64,000 nucleotides of DNA from Macrostomum lignano (taxonomy: Eukaryota), in contig NIVC01000140.1 of assembly GCA_002269645.1 (NCBI GenBank), positions 558,001 through 622,000 of the forward strand, in the 5' to 3' direction. A program made the translations under genes and the position numbers. Shown one piece after another: positions 13,032 through 23,443 of the stretch (its first letter is position 1; each line of letters begins with the position of its first letter). The notes beneath the pieces were generated by a model. It was not told where the DNA came from and did not search any database. It was given only the letters and a program-made list of their open reading frames with translations.

Positions 13032-13873
13032 ATGGTATTTAATTGCTGTGCTCCATTCTGTGTCACCAATCTGCCTCGATATGGGAAGAATCCGGCGGCA
13101 GTCTCCATGCACAAATTTCTTCCATATACACAGCCGGAGCTTCTGTAAAAATTGATATTTGCAATTCCCCGAAAGTGGACAGCAGCAGAGTTGGAGAAGT
13201 TGCGCAGCGATCCAAAGCACAACTACCGGATCTGGTCGCTGCATTTTTCGAAAAGGCTATTTTTAACAAACTCTCAGGACTCCAACTCCAGCCGTGCGCG
13301 TTCCGCATTTGCAAATGCAGATGGACAAACAAAGAAGCTGAAAAATTGACGGTTGACTTCTGATGCCGTACCCAGCATCTTCCAAACGCGCCATCCTACT
13401 TGAGCAAAACTGTTCCTGTGGAGCGACCTACCACAATGACACCTGCTCGGACTCGGCGAGAGAGTGCCATGCGTCGCTGCGAGGATGAGGCAGAAGCATT
13501 CCTCGAAAGCGATGTCATTGACTCATTGGGGGCTTCCCTGATCTACTGGCGTTCGAGCTGCCCGATCATTTGCCTGTTTTTTAAGCACGCACCCGAGTCT
13601 CAGGTAACGTTGTTCACCACCCGAGTGTCCTCTGCTGATAGCTCGTAGGATCGCAAGATCGCAACACCAGTGACAGTAGATGAAACTTTTGACTTTGAGG
13701 TCAGTATTGATGGATCGATGCAGATTGGCTTTGCCAATGATCGGGTGCCCGAAAGAAAGTCGAGCACATTTTCTCATCTTGATAATGTACACGCTCGGCT
13801 GAAAAATTGCGTTGCGGCAGAGGAGTCTGATGCCTACCAGCAGCATCTGCTACTGGCTAAGAAGGAAATTTAG
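13032..13873 (+). pseudogene. THAP-domain relic, probably the N-terminus of a P-element/THAP transposase
   Basis: Frame from ATG 13032 reads MVFNCCAPFC...SMHKF...(stop)KLIFAIPR...NYRIWSLHF...(stop)RLTSDAVPSIF, matching the THAP C2CH and AVPxIF signature with stops and Cys/Trp substitutions. Confidence 0.7.
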
Positions 13874-15500
13874 TCAATGTGAGGAATGACAACTGGAACA
13901 GCGATGAAGCACTGAAGTGCAAGAAGTCAAAACTATCTGAGAAATGAGCTGTAGCTCTAATGTATACTCGTAGTAGACTTAGCTTTTGTTTTATAGTCAT
14001 ATAAAGTGCTATTTTTATACAGCATGTCTCAGCACTTTTCTGCTCTGTAGGTAGGTTAATTTCACTCTCTTTTGCTAAAGTATCACCTAAGGGTAATAAT
14101 TTCATTTTTTGTTTCATTATGTTTGCATGGTCCGACGGGTTGTGAAGTATTTTTCTCGCACAAAAACAAGTTTTTTGAATAATACAACTTAACCTTGGAG
14201 ACCTAAAGTTTTGAATGTTTTGCGTTGAATAGTGCAAACCGCATCTTTCTATGACTTTTAGTTAAGTCATAGAAAAGTCAAGTTAAGTCATCAGTTAGTT
14301 AAGTCATCAGTCATAGAAAAAAACGTTGCATTTTCCTATTCATTCACTGCTTTTCAATTAGGCTTTTACCCCTAAACTTGCATGCTGCCTAAACTAGTGT
14401 CCCTTCGGAGCGCAGTGACCATGGAGGCTTCCCTGATTGACCCCTTCAGCTTCTTAGAATACTGCAAATATTCATTCACATCCAGCTCTATCTATCTGTC
14501 CACTTGACCTGCCTGCTGTCAATGAAAGCGCTTTGCAGCTTTGCAAGCAAAACAATAAAACAATATTAAATATTTATTTACTCAGCTGTTAGCCTATCGA
14601 ACTGAAGACAAAAGCAAAACCTGCCAAGCCTGATCGAATTGTTTAGCGATAGACAAATTGACATTTTTCATCTTTTTGCTCCTCAAAAGGGCACGGCTGC
14701 ATTTGTACGCTCAGCCTAAAACACGTACATTTTGGCATCCAGAATTCCGCTCAAAAACGTACATTAAAAGGATTGTAAAGCACAGAGATGCGGAACTTCT
14801 CCAACCCCGAGCCACATCACTGGTTACAGGGAATGGCTCTGCACTCGGCTTCATGGCTGAAAAACTTGCTTTACGTTCAAAATTAGCACTGACGAAGTTC
14901 CCTTTTGCATGACAAGCAATGTCAGGCAGCAAGCAGAAAAAGTAAAACTGCTTTGCACAGAAATTAGTGTTTTGCAGGCTGTACGGCTACTCAGCAGAGA
15001 CACGTGATGTGAGAGCTGGATTTCTATCCTGCTGATGGGGCGACGGGCAGTCGGAATGCTTTTATTTTTAGTCCTGACGAAGGTTCCGTCTTGCTTGGCA
15101 ATGTCCTTTGGGCTCTTGGCAGGTCTCATACACCGCAGATGAGTTTTACCTGCTTGTAGAGGAATATTTACTCATTTAAAAGCACTAAATGAGTAAAATA
15201 AGTCCGGTAACAACCAGCGTATTCTCGACAAGTATCGCAACGAATTATTTACTGTTTGTTTCGTGGGTCACACAGTGAAATAACTGACACGCATTGTACT
15301 TTGTATTTGCTCGTACATTGTTTGCACGATGTAGTATTATAAAAATCAACAGCATTTTAGCAATATCGAAGCAATTCAAATGCGGTCACTTTACACTACT
15401 TGTAAGTAGGCAATCGAATGCGAGCTGTAAAAGGCTTTAACTTACACCTCTATCCGTTCAAACAGTCATTGAAATTATCGAATTCTGAGTAGAGTGCCAC

Positions 15501-15715
15501 CACGTGAGGTCGGTGCTCACCGGAGCTCTGCTGGACGTGCCCGGCTCCATGCAGCGAAGCTTCGACTGCCAGCAGATACGTATCGACGAACAAGTGGGTC
15601 CGCTCCATCTTCCAGGTGGCCAACCAGCTGGTCGAGCACGACGTGTCACCGAAAAACTAACGATATCGTTCGACATCCTGGCCTCTCTGGGAGCTCGGCA
15701 GGGAAAACGGAGCTC
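15501..15715 (+). pseudogene. Relic of the 5' (DxSxS) part of the VWA-C1A gene
   Basis: cacgtgaggtcggtgctcaccggagctctgctggacgtg..ggctccatgcagcg matches 23486 onward; internal deletions and DVPGSM in place of DVSGSM. Confidence 0.85.
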
Positions 15716-16069
15716 AAGAGCAGGGTGTAGCCATTGAAAAGGCAAGGCGCCCTTCAAACGATACGGTGCACCAGCAAAGACGCCCACTGAAAAATTCTGA
15801 CTGGATGCTCTAAAAGCAAGGGCTGGATGCTGAGGCCAAAACACTAATTAACCATAATATCTATAATCTGGAGGGTCTGAGTTCGAGACTGGCTACTGCC
15901 ACGACCGGTACTGACGCTGGCGCTAGCTGTCTCCACGGCTAATGCCAGCGGAGCAAATTCATTTCCATTGTTGTCATTAAGGGATCTTTTAGTACGCTCG
16001 TACGTACGTCCAGTCGCGCACGTCCGAAGCATCAAGGGCAATGCTCAGATGGATCGCCTTGTAAAACGG

Positions 16070-17303
16070 TGTTAGGCTTTCTGTTCACCGGGGTCTTAAT
16101 TTGTCCGGGGGACATCGCAAAGCAAAATTATTGTCGCTTTGCGATAACCTACCCTGGATAATCCAAGGCACAACAAAATCGGGCTTTGAAATATCCTGGG
16201 TCTTAAATTGTCCGGGGTGAGTAAAGATTGGGTGGCAAGTTAGTCAAATTACAAGATAAGGCGCATGTGAATATGTGGGGCAGAAGGACATCATTAAGCT
16301 GCTTGGAGGGGCAGATGAGATGCAGTCTAAAAATAAATCGATAATAGACTGTTGTTAAAAGTACCGTACAAGCGTACATGTCATGAATATCAGTGTACGA
16401 GCTAATAACCCTCAAAGTAATGTGTTGCGCAAATTATAATACACCTATTCTTTCAGATAGTTGGAATATACTTCTTGTCCACGTCCTACGTTTTGGAAAA
16501 AAAATTCATTCGATGGCTAAAGTAACGCTAAATCAAGTTTTTTCTGTTTTTAGCGACGAGCAGGTTAAGCTGCCGGAACATTCCAGTACAAAAGAGTGAG
16601 ATACGAATCTGCAGAAGAGGTGGAGTTCGCGGGTCTACCAAATCATCAAATGTCTCGGCAAAAATAGCTCGTACTTATCAGCTGGTTGGTTTCTCAAAAT
16701 GTGAAAACGGAAGGCATCCCAATCAAAGCATCGGAAGAAGGCCGTGACTCATCAAGCTTCATTCAGCGGATCGCCAGTTTTTTATTTATCGAATTAGATT
16801 GGTAAATGGAGTAACAAACTGTTTTTCGGTTGACAAATAGTAGCTTTAATTTATTTCTTTTTGGAGTGGGAAATGCGAAATAGTGATTTAAAATATACTC
16901 GGTTAAAGAAGCATGACGCAGATGTTTGCCAATTGAAAAAGTAGCAAATTTTTTCTACTTTGTGAAAATTGATTTCGACATTTTGCTATTCCAAACCCCG
17001 GATATCAGTAGCCGGATGTCCTAAAGCAAACCTTAAGCAAACAGACCCCTCTCTCTCAACATACAGTCGGATGTCCTAAGACAACTTCCCTTCTTGTGAT
17101 CTCCGGGTCGGATAGCAGAGTCAGTGCCGTAGGATGTCCGGGAGAGACATCTCAAAGTGCCCGGACAATGCAAAGCAGCTCAAGATATCCGGGAAGGAGA
17201 AAACAAAGCAGGTTTTTTGCTTGGCAGGATCCGGGCGGATATCGTAAGTGCGTTCGGATATACGGGCCAGACAAAAAAACCCCGGATAGTCTAAAGTGTA
17301 ACA
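16070..17303. mobile_element. 1234-bp non-coding insertion with TGTTA...TAACA termini and 4-bp TSD (ACGG); Ginger-like TIR element or solo LTR
   Basis: ACGG at 16066-16069 and 17304-17307; the empty site ttgtaaaacggcgctg is present at about 40801-40816; imperfect terminal inverted similarity over about 35 bp. Confidence 0.8.
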
Positions 17304-18295
17304 ACGGCGCTGTTTGTTTTGGCCATGGATCGGCAAGATGGGTGAAACATGACCAGTAAATCTGGTCTTGTATGCGTTTACGTGCAAAATGCCTTGGCCC
17401 TTAGCATGGCGTTTAGATTGTTGCCATTCAAGAACTTCACTAGTGGTTCTGAAATATTCATGCTTACTGATAATAAATGGTGCTATCAACTGCATTTTAA
17501 CCCGAACAATGTGCCTTACTGTACATGGAAATCATCTATAAAATATGTGCTGTGAATTTCTGTTGTGTACGCTGTCTTCCGCCACCCAGCAGTGCACGCA
17601 GCCTGCTAAATTCTAGCTCATAATTGGCTGAGGGCTGTTTGTCTGCCCCACCCCAAGCATTCTCTTTGGTATTTTGACATCGAATATTTTCCTCAGCAGT
17701 GGAGAAAGTTCGCTCAAGCGACAATATGCTCTGCTGAAAGTAGCGGTGAAGACATTTTTACATGGACGAGTTGAGTTTATAATAAAAAATTGCCGTCAAA
17801 AGCAGTGATTCAGCACCACTTGGTCTCATTCTCTTACTGAAACGTGTGTGTATTTAGCTGAAGTGATCAATAACTAAGATCAGATGAGCACGAAAAAGCT
17901 CCCCGTTGACAACAAGGGTTAATATAGGGATTCTATATAACTAATAGCCTGAAGATTGATTAACGTAATTTTAGGTAAATGAACGCTACTTGACGTTACT
18001 TAATGTTACTTTAATTTACTTAATTTAAGTAAGGGTAAATTTACGTTGATTTATCAGTAATTGTTTACCGAAATTAAGCTACAAAGTGCATGTGGTTAAT
18101 TAACTTAAATTCGCTGTCGAAAGTTAAACTGCGGTAAACTAACCGACCAGAAGTTACTTTTTATTTATTTACTTTCAAGATTAACCCTAGTTTTCAACGG
18201 ATTGCATATTCGCGTTCAAAGATTGAGAGTAGTGAAAACTGGTATCTTGACTTTCAGGGTAAACATCCGTCACTCTAACCGCGTCAAAGTTCGCT

Positions 18296-19606
18296 TCACG
18301 ACGAGAAGGTAAATTTGTCGTTGCCATTGGAAAATACGGCTACTCCAAGGGCTTTGTTCAAGCAAGTCACTAAGCTTCTGACCATTGCGTAGCACTCGCC
18401 TAGAAATCGATTCTCGAACTCCAACTCATTGCGTGACGTTTTTTCACTTGATCGATTTCTGATTATTTTCAACTCGAAATTTTCCTTCTCCAGCTGAGCG
18501 ATGCGTTCCTCCTTCTCAACGCCTTCCTTCTCCAGCTGAGCGATGCGTTCCTCCTTCTCAACGCCTTCCGTCTCCAGCTGAGCGATGCGGTCGTCCTTCT
18601 CAACGCCTTCCGTCTCCAGCTGAGCGATGCGGTCGTCCTTCTCAACGCCTTCCGTCTCCAGCTGAGCGATGCGGTCGTCCTTCTCAACGCCTTCCGTCTC
18701 CAGCTGAGCGATGCGGTCGTCCTTCTCAACGCCTTCCGTCTCCAGCTGAGCGATGCGGTCGTCCTTCTCCACGTCTCGAGTGAAAAACTGCAGAGCTGTC
18801 CGCAACGCATTGATGGCTGCCTCGTCCACCTGGATGGTCCTGGCAGTGTCGCAGCCGATCCGCAGCATTCTGTGGACCGAGTCCAGCTTCCTGCGGCAGG
18901 CACCAGCGCACCTAGCTCGCTCTCGCCGCTCCTTCAAATCCGTCGCTGTTTTCACGGCCGCGCTGCCCAGCAAAATGCCAGTGGCAAAGCTGGCGATAAA
19001 AGCAGCTCCGCCATCGAAGAAGTGAAGTGCCGCGAGACCGAGAGCTCCGACTGTTGCGCAAGCAATCAGCCCGAGCAGCTGTGCTTGGCCTGCCTGCCTG
19101 CTCGAACCCGCCTGTCTCTGCCTCAGCCCGTCAGACAAAGTTTTGGCGAGCTCCTGCGACTTGCTCAGCTGACCGGTGAAGGTCGCGAGCGATTCCGAGA
19201 AATCACAGGCCATTGTGTGCAGCTGGTCCAGCTTTTCACAGAGCTGTTTGAGCAAATCTGGCTCAATATTGGCCTGGATCCTGACCTTCCAGAATGTCTC
19301 AAACTCATCGATCTGCCTTTCAAAACTGTTTATCCAAACCTCTAGGTGAGATCCCGTAACCTGCGCTCTCTTGAGCTCTTGCTTCAGTTTCTTGAGAAAG
19401 AGACTCAGTCCGTCAAGTTGTGGCTGCAGTTCCTCCCGATGAGGCTCCTTGGCCAGCTTCAGCTGCTCCACCTCGCTGGCTTGAGCCTTGGTGAGCTCAG
19501 TAACCTTCAGCAGCTCATCACTCTTACCTCCGATAGACCTCAGCGTCTGGACGGCATCTCAAATTCCCGCCAGAACGTCGCTGATCTCTGCAAGCTTCTC
19601 CGTCAT
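18296..19606 (-). pseudogene. Coiled-coil/hydrophobic-hairpin protein, copy A, with a CGA>TGA nonsense at codon 16
   Basis: Orthologous ATG (MTEKLAEISDVLAGI) at 19606; TGA at 19561-19559 where copy B has CGA; the rest is open, with seven 14-aa EKDDRIAQLETEGV-type repeats. Confidence 0.75.
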
Positions 19607-20687
19607 TTTTACTTCTGCTTTTAACTGCCTACAGAGCCGGAGCAACTCTAACTGAAATTTGAGTTCCACAGCCTTTATGCAGATCCAATGCGCAGAGCCA
19701 GTGAGGCAGCTCAATGTACGTTCGTTTCACGTTTGAAGTTCCGAAGTCCGAAATTCCGTCTGGTCCCTCACTGTGCCGCGTGTGCCGCTCGTATCAGAAA
19801 AGTCAGTCGCAAAATGAAAACAGAGCAGCCAAGACGCCAGTGAATGTTTTGTGGAAACCGTTTCTTTTGGTTGCCCTTGTAAACTCATAGTTGGTTGCCA
19901 TGCCCACCTGCACTGCCCCTCTCTTACTTTTCTCTTGGCGGGCTTTTCACTACCGCTGCACACAGGGTTATCGCAGTCCCTGTCTGACCGCAGATCATGG
20001 AGTCAGTCAGATAAGCCGATCTGAGCAGCAGTGCAGCAGGGAGACATTCAGGGTGTCAAAACTTCTGCATTTGCTGCTATGCGGTCTCACTGCTATGCTC
20101 ATGACAGACTTTGGACGCTGCGAAGCTGAAGCTTCTCCCCCAATGCATCAGCCGATGCAGGTGCTACTGATAATTGCTTCCAAAATTTCACGTAATCGAG
20201 AAAAAGCTCGGTGTGATTGGCAAATCCGATGGGGCGTCAGTCAGAGGCGAGCTGCTGACTGCTGAGGGCTTCAAAGACTGCATTCGACCTTCTATATGAA
20301 TTTAAGTTTCTAGTCGTCAGCAAAACAAGAGCTTACATGTGAATAACAATTATTAACCCTCTCAGCTTTCGCTGATCAACATTCATAACTAAGAAAATCA
20401 TTAAGCAAACAGATTTTGAATAAATGAGAGGTAGCTCTGTATAAATATATTGGATGGTTCCGTCTTAGTACGTGCTACAACTAATAACAATAAAATGCCA
20501 ATTTATACTACTTTTGATCGATTGTATCCCTATTGTATCTATGTAGCTGGGTTGGAGACCCTTAAACATTATACGAGGCTCGTAAATCAATAAGTCAAGG
20601 TAGTTAGCAATTTTAGGATGAATTCGAGAAAATAACACGAGAAGTTGTTAAATCATCGCCAACTTTCCAATCAGATTTCTCGATTGT

Positions 20688-21355
20688 CAGATTTCCAATT
20701 AGAGTCTCAGATTTCCAACCAGAGTCGCAGATTTCCAATCAGAGTCGCAGATTTCCAATCAGAGTCGCAGATTTCCAATCAGAGTCGCAGATTTCCAACC
20801 AGAGTCGCAGATTTCCAATCAGAGTAGCAGATTTCCAATCAGAGTAGCAGATTTCCAATCAGAGTAGCAGATTTCCAATCAGAGTCGCAGATTTCCAATC
20901 AGAGTCGCAGATTTCCAATCAGAGTCGCAGATTTCCAATCAGAGTCTCAGATTTCCAATCAGAGTAGCAGATTTCCAATCAGAGTAGCAGATTTCCAACC
21001 CAGAGCCGCAGATTTCCAATCAGAGTCGCAGATTTCCAACCAGAGTCGCAGATTTCCAACCAGAGTCGCAGATTTCCAATCAGAGTCGCAGATTTCCAAT
21101 CAGAGTCGCAGATTTCCAACCAGAGTCGCAGATTTCTAACCAGAGTCGCAGATTTCCAACCAGAGTCGCAGATTTCTAACCAGAGTCGCAGGTTTCCAAC
21201 CAGAGTCGCAGATTTCCAACCAGAGTCGCAGATTTCCAACCAGAGTCGCAGATTTCTAACCAGAGTCGCAGATTTCCAACCAGAGTCGCAGATTTCTAAC
21301 CAGAGTCGCAGATTTCCAACCAGAGTCGCAGGTTTCCAATCAGAGTCGCAGATTT
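20688..21355. repeat. 20-bp satellite (cagagtcgcagatttccaat)
   Basis: About 33 tandem units; paralog at 44130-44892. Confidence 0.95.
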
Positions 21356-21769
21356 TTAGCCAAGTCACTTGCAGCGGCGCCGCTTCCACAGCTGGCTGGG
21401 CCCGGTTGACCTGATGCTCCAGGATGAAGCGGAGCTGCTGGATAGCATTAAGCCGCGCCGAGTGGAGACCTGGCGCCTGAGGCGCAGAGGCAGAAGTCTG
21501 CGCCTCCACTGCCGAGCTGCGCGATTACTTTGTAGGTGCGCGCCGGCTCCGCTGCCAGATGAGCGGCCTGCACTTTTATAGTGAGTGTACTTTTACACTG
21601 CAATGTACTTTCTTTTCCCTAAGGCATCTCTGTGATTCGCAGTTATTTATCGAATTTGATTAATGTTATTTTAATGTTTACTGACTTGTAATTTTTTTAA
21701 TGCAATGTGCTGTGAATAGAATCTGCCATGACTGCAAGTGGTTAACCATTAGTTTATTAGCTGCATTAG

Positions 21770-22800
21770 TGTTGTGAAGGCGACTGATGTAATGCTGCAT
21801 TAGTGAGGTAAAGGCGACTGATGCAATGCTGCATTAGTGTTGTGAATGCGACTGATGTGATGCTGCATTAGTGTTGTGAATGCGACTGATGTGATGCTGC
21901 ATTAGTGAGGTGAATGCGACTGATGTGATGCTGCATTAGTGTTGTGAATGCGACTGATGTGATGCTGCATTAGTGAGGTGAATGCGACTGATGTGATGCT
22001 GCATTAGTGTTGTGAATGCGACTGATGTGATGCTGCATTAGTGAGGTGAATGCGACTGATGTGATGCTGCATTAGTGTTGTGAAGGTGAATGATGTAAAG
22101 CTGCATTAGTGTTGTGAAGGTAAATGATGTAAAGCTGCATTAGTGTTGTGAAGGTAAATGATGTAAAGCTGCATTAGTGTTGTGAAGGCGACTGATGTGA
22201 TGCTGCATTAGTGAGGTAAAGGCGACTGATGTGATGCTGCATTAGTGAGGTGAAGGCGACTGATGTGAAGCTGCATTAGTGAGGTGAAGGCGACTGATGT
22301 GATGCTGCATTAGTGAGGTGAAGGCGACTGATGTGATGCTGCATTAGTGAGGTGAATGCGACTGATGTGATGCTGCATTAGTGAGGTGAAGGTGAATGAT
22401 GTGATGCTGCATTAGTGAGGTGAAGGTGAATGATGTGATGCTGCATTAGTGAGGTGAAGGTGAATGATGTGATGCTGCATAGTGAGGTGAAGGTGAATGA
22501 TGTGATGCTGCATTAGTGAGGTGGGGTGAATGATGTGATGCTGCATTAGTGAGGTGAATGCGACTGATGTGATGCTGCATTAGTGAGGTGAAGGTGAATG
22601 ATGTGATGCTGCATAGTGAGGTGAAGGTGAATGATGTGATGCTGCATTAGTGAGGTGGGGTGAATGATGTGATGCTGCATTAGTGAGGTGGGGTGAATGA
22701 TGTGATGCTGCATTAGTGAGGTGGGGTGAATGATGTGATGCTGCATTAGTGAGGTGGGGTGAATGATGTGATGCTGCACTGCAGAGGTGAAGGCGCACCC
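21770..22800. repeat. 32-33-bp minisatellite, about 31 copies, upstream of VWA-C1A copy 1
   Basis: Unit gatgtgatgctgcattagtgaggtgaaggcga(ct). Confidence 0.95.
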
Positions 22801-23443
22801 GGTCAGCACTCACTCAATCTCGCACGCCCAGTGCATGATACTGTTTTAAATTCTAAATAATTTTCCGGATATTTTAACTCAATAAAACAAACGTTAATTT
22901 CACTGGAAGGAAATAAACGTTTGAATGCTATTTGTTAAAGCAAATTAGAAATATTTTCCATTTACCTTAACTATTGGGCCTAATTGAATATTCCTATTTT
23001 CTATTTGCTGCGATAATTATTTTATACAAAATTTGAATTATTCCAGTCAGTGCTGCCAGTTCTCCTTCAGTTAAGCCACAACTTGAGCCAAAAATTGAAA
23101 GGATTCTCAATGGTAAGCTGCACGAATTTTCTGTTTTCCGAAATTTAGGAAAAATTAAACAGAATGAACTGGTTGATCTTCCTCTCTTGAACAGAGTGAA
23201 ATATTTTTTCATTATCATAATTTCTATATCTTAAATTCACTAAGTACAAATATTTTATAATAAAGTTATTTATGTATCAGATGCTAAAATAGAATTAAAA
23301 GTACAAGAATACAAGAAATAATTAATGGGTTCAGAAGCACCTTTATAGAATTTATGAATTGAAATCATATCATTATACAATGAACCACATAAATGAGCAC
23401 TACTTCATGATCTACAAATTTTAAACACACATTTTTAGCTACA

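Noticed and set aside
14246-14320. Small inverted repeat with AGTTAAGTCAT reiterations (also about 38987-39061)
   Set aside because: Best explained by local slippage or micro-duplication; no TSD or element boundaries.
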